From assembly GCF_902713615.1 (NCBI RefSeq), contig NC_052159.1, positions 20,348,018 through 20,412,017 on the forward strand: a stretch of 64,000 bases of DNA. Direction: 5' to 3'. Below the pieces are notes generated by a model. The model ran no database searches, was not told the origin of the DNA, and saw only the letters and a program-made list of their open reading frames with translations. Positions 62,501-64,000 of the stretch are shown one piece after another (within the stretch, counting starts at the first letter, position 1; the number at the start of each line of letters is the position of its first letter). Origin of the DNA: Scyliorhinus canicula (Eukaryota). A program made the position numbers and the translations under genes.

Positions 62501-62754
62501 GGACCCTGGAGCTGTGAAGCCACAGTGCTAGCCACTGGTGCTACCCTCAACCGTTAAACACGGTGGGCACTAAATGCGGGGCCCAGCCGCCAGCGCCCGC
62601 ATCCCGCAAAAGATAGATTAAATAAAAGGCCCCATTTAGCTGATATGATGACATCGGGCGTCTCCCCTCCCCGCCCCCGGGCAGCGGTACCTCTGAAGCG
62701 CCGCTGGTAGGTGCAGGGCTCCCGCAGCGGCTCCGTCTTCCCCACTGCTGCCAT
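47459..62754 (-). CDS. Spliced host gene, 8 coding exons, about 260 aa, uncharacterised predicted helical protein (MAAVGKTEPLREP...HGRPVDMLERPP...HKYIAHQLSVLY...SLAMNLR*)
   Basis: All exons have GT-AG boundaries and matching phases (1,0,1,0,1,0,2), giving one open frame from an ATG in CpG-rich DNA to TGA. Confidence 0.88.
48420..49668 (+). mobile_element. L1-clade LINE 3' fragment
   Basis: KWEEELG, QLKVVYRAHLT and C-x2-C...HMFWSCPKL zinc-knuckle region; G-rich 3' UTR; AATAAA. Confidence 0.85.
50742..50899. repeat. Tandem duplication, 2 x 79 bp, in intron 7 of the host gene
   Basis: agtttaatc...ccattacaga repeated with few mismatches. Confidence 0.85.
50966..51114 (-). CDS. Host gene exon 7 (KVLNYFSG...PFHYVNW)
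   Basis: Acceptor ttttctccttgcag, donor gtgagt. Confidence 0.88.
52002..52120 (-). CDS. Host gene exon 6 (DYFSHIGKLNQLLVLSQQLEDD...LSVLY)
   Basis: Acceptor caatgcag, donor gtaagt, phase fit. Confidence 0.88.
55782..55960. repeat. Near-perfect 180-bp palindrome of a Penelope-derived short repeat
   Basis: Arms mirror around tttgtcaaagctttgacaaa; related repeats at 3780-3900, 5796-5940, 15320-15520, 55225-55440. Confidence 0.8.
55962..57108 (+). mobile_element. L1-clade LINE 3' fragment (same family as 48420-49668)
   Basis: CERCGGGPAIHVHMFWSFPKL; same UTR and tail. Confidence 0.85.
57150..57800 (-). mobile_element. Degraded CR1 3' fragment
   Basis: VRIWNALL...AFKRELDK and VEYKSKE motifs. Confidence 0.7.
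58062..58164 (-). CDS. Host gene exon 5 (DYLDSQGLSTLFPRVEIFVIHGRPVDMLERPPMD)
   Basis: Acceptor cttttacag, donor gtaaga. Confidence 0.88.
58504..58571 (-). CDS. Host gene exon 4 (GVDYVERIKQYLEHLPDPVPQLE)
   Basis: Acceptor catacag, donor gtgatg, phase fit. Confidence 0.85.
60170..60230 (-). CDS. Host gene exon 3 ((LQ)EQLREDKSPVESESFHIR); exon could start at 60230 or 60224
   Basis: Acceptor tttgtag or ttgcag, donor gtaagt, phase fit. Confidence 0.8.
61077..61111 (+). ncRNA. Minimal hammerhead ribozyme motif
   Basis: cac CTGAGGA a ggagc-tgc-gctcc GAAA GCTA gtg. Confidence 0.65.
61112..61717 (+). mobile_element. Tx1-like non-LTR retrotransposon 3' end with polyA
   Basis: WKVINSVKDALWFARNLLIFQ...AKAQWGKTTV*, then AATAAA and an A-tail. 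Confidence 0.8.
61931..62049 (-). CDS. Host gene exon 2 (VDVNIKKPLQ...RAEVHQ)
   Basis: Acceptor tttgtgtgcag, donor gtacgt, phase fit. Confidence 0.85.
62123..62547 (-). mobile_element. HE1-like SINE with triplicated 54-bp tRNA head
   Basis: aacctgggaccctgg...gctaccct units at 62387, 62441, 62495. Confidence 0.85.
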
Positions 62755-63080
62755 CGTTACCAGGACAACGGCGAACCCGGACCCGCATCCCTGCTGCACC
62801 GGGCCCACATCGGACCCGCTGACACCTTTAATCAGGGCCGGGAAAATCCCTGCCATCAACCAAATGTACCGAGACGGTGGCGGTTTGAAAAACACCGCCC
62901 GGGGGTCGGTGCTTGTGCTAATATATATATTTTTTGTGTTCTCATAAAGAAGGCGTGTCACAGTCTAATCGTTCCGCCCGCCGGGGAAAGCGGGATGAGT
63001 GAGAAGAGAATTCGTGCACGGCCTTTACTTTTTAAATTTCTCAAACGGGGCCTCCGGGGAAGCCTTCAGCACGGGAACCA
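62560..63080. promoter_or_regulatory. CpG-rich promoter/first-exon region of the minus-strand host gene
   Basis: Non-repeat CpG-rich DNA with GC boxes around the start codon. Confidence 0.6.
62691..62754 (-). CDS. Host gene exon 1 (MAAVGKTEPLREPCTYQRRFR)
   Basis: ATG with G at +4 in GC-rich DNA; donor G|gtaccg. Confidence 0.8.
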
Positions 63081-64000
63081 GAGTTAAATTGAGGGGGTGG
63101 ATTTGAGGAGAAACTGTTAGCTGGCAAGTTCAGGTGGATGTTTCCAGGGGAGGGGAGGGGAGGGGAGGGGGATTTAGGGCCTGTTTTCATCATCATAGGA
63201 TTTTGGGCCTGTTTTCATCATCATAGGATTTCCAGTGCAGAAGGAGGCCATTTGGCCCATCTAGACTGCACTGGCTCTCAGGAAAGAGCACCCCATTTAA
63301 AGCCCACGCCTCCACCCTATCCGCATAACCCCGCTGAACCTTTTTGGACACAAAGGGCAATTTATCATCGCCAAACCACCTAACCTGCACGTTTTTGAAC
63401 TGTGTAAGGAAACTGGAACACCCGGAGGAAACCCACGCAGGCACGGGGGAGAACGGGCAGACTCCGCACAGACAGTCACCCGAGACGGGAATTGAACCTG
63501 GGACCCTGGAGCTGTGAAGCAACTGTTCTAACCACTGTGCTGCCTTTAGTCCCCATTGATACTTTTTACCCTGTTAATATGGCGGCGAGGCTGAGCTGGG
63601 AAATGTTAACTGAATGTGTCTCTGACTCCCCCAGCACATGATCTTTTGAAGTCATCAGAACGGACAGCTGCTGGACCTGGCTGATAGGCAGCCTTGCTGT
63701 TCACCGCCATGGGGTTACTGAGGAATGCCTCCAGGATATTTGTGCTGCACCCCCTGCAAAGACTACAGCTTCAGAAAAGATGCGTATGCACAGTTGGCAC
63801 ACAGGCGCCAAACCTGTGTTTCCACCCCAAACTCCTGCCTCTGAAAATCAGGAATGCTTCTTATGGTTCAGGGGAAAATCAGTATCCTGCAAACTTGCCC
63901 TGCCACAGTTTTCGGTGTTTTGCTACAAGCAAGTATCATTCAAAAAGCAGGAAAACTGCCAACAGCAGAAAGCCCTCAAGAAGTGGAAAGCAAAGTGAGG

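Noticed and set aside
62385-62547. CRISPR-like array
   Set aside because: Tandem units without unique spacers in a eukaryotic SINE; no cas genes
63780-63998. 72-aa ATG ORF at the window end
   Set aside because: No homology cues or convincing splice context

Overview
Repeat-rich vertebrate genomic DNA, inferred to be from a cartilaginous fish (shark/catshark-like) because of its mix of HE1-type tRNA SINEs, Deu-type SINEs, CR1/L1/Tx1/Rex1 LINE fragments, Penelope elements and GC-rich Harbinger MITEs. The centrepiece is a young 9.8-kb retrovirus-like provirus (36560-46376, + strand). It has 949-bp LTRs with no difference visible by eye, a CTCC target-site duplication and a tRNA-Arg(UCU) primer-binding site. 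Its gag joins pro-pol in frame across a UGA-CGG stop followed by a stem-loop (readthrough). Pol reads PR-RT-dead RNase H tether-second RNase H-integrase, which is retroviral/lokiretrovirus-like, with one frameshift. There is no env: in its place is a 118-aa type-I membrane ORF with a Cys-x10-Cys ectodomain loop, a TM helix and a polybasic stretch, resembling reovirus FAST fusogens. This is the best candidate for an undescribed system. Also present are an 8-exon minus-strand host gene of about 260 aa that I do not recognise (62754-47459), several solo LTRs, Penelope-associated minimal hammerhead ribozymes, a decayed Harbinger transposon and many SINE/LINE fragments. Everything was read by eye; no alignments or searches were run.
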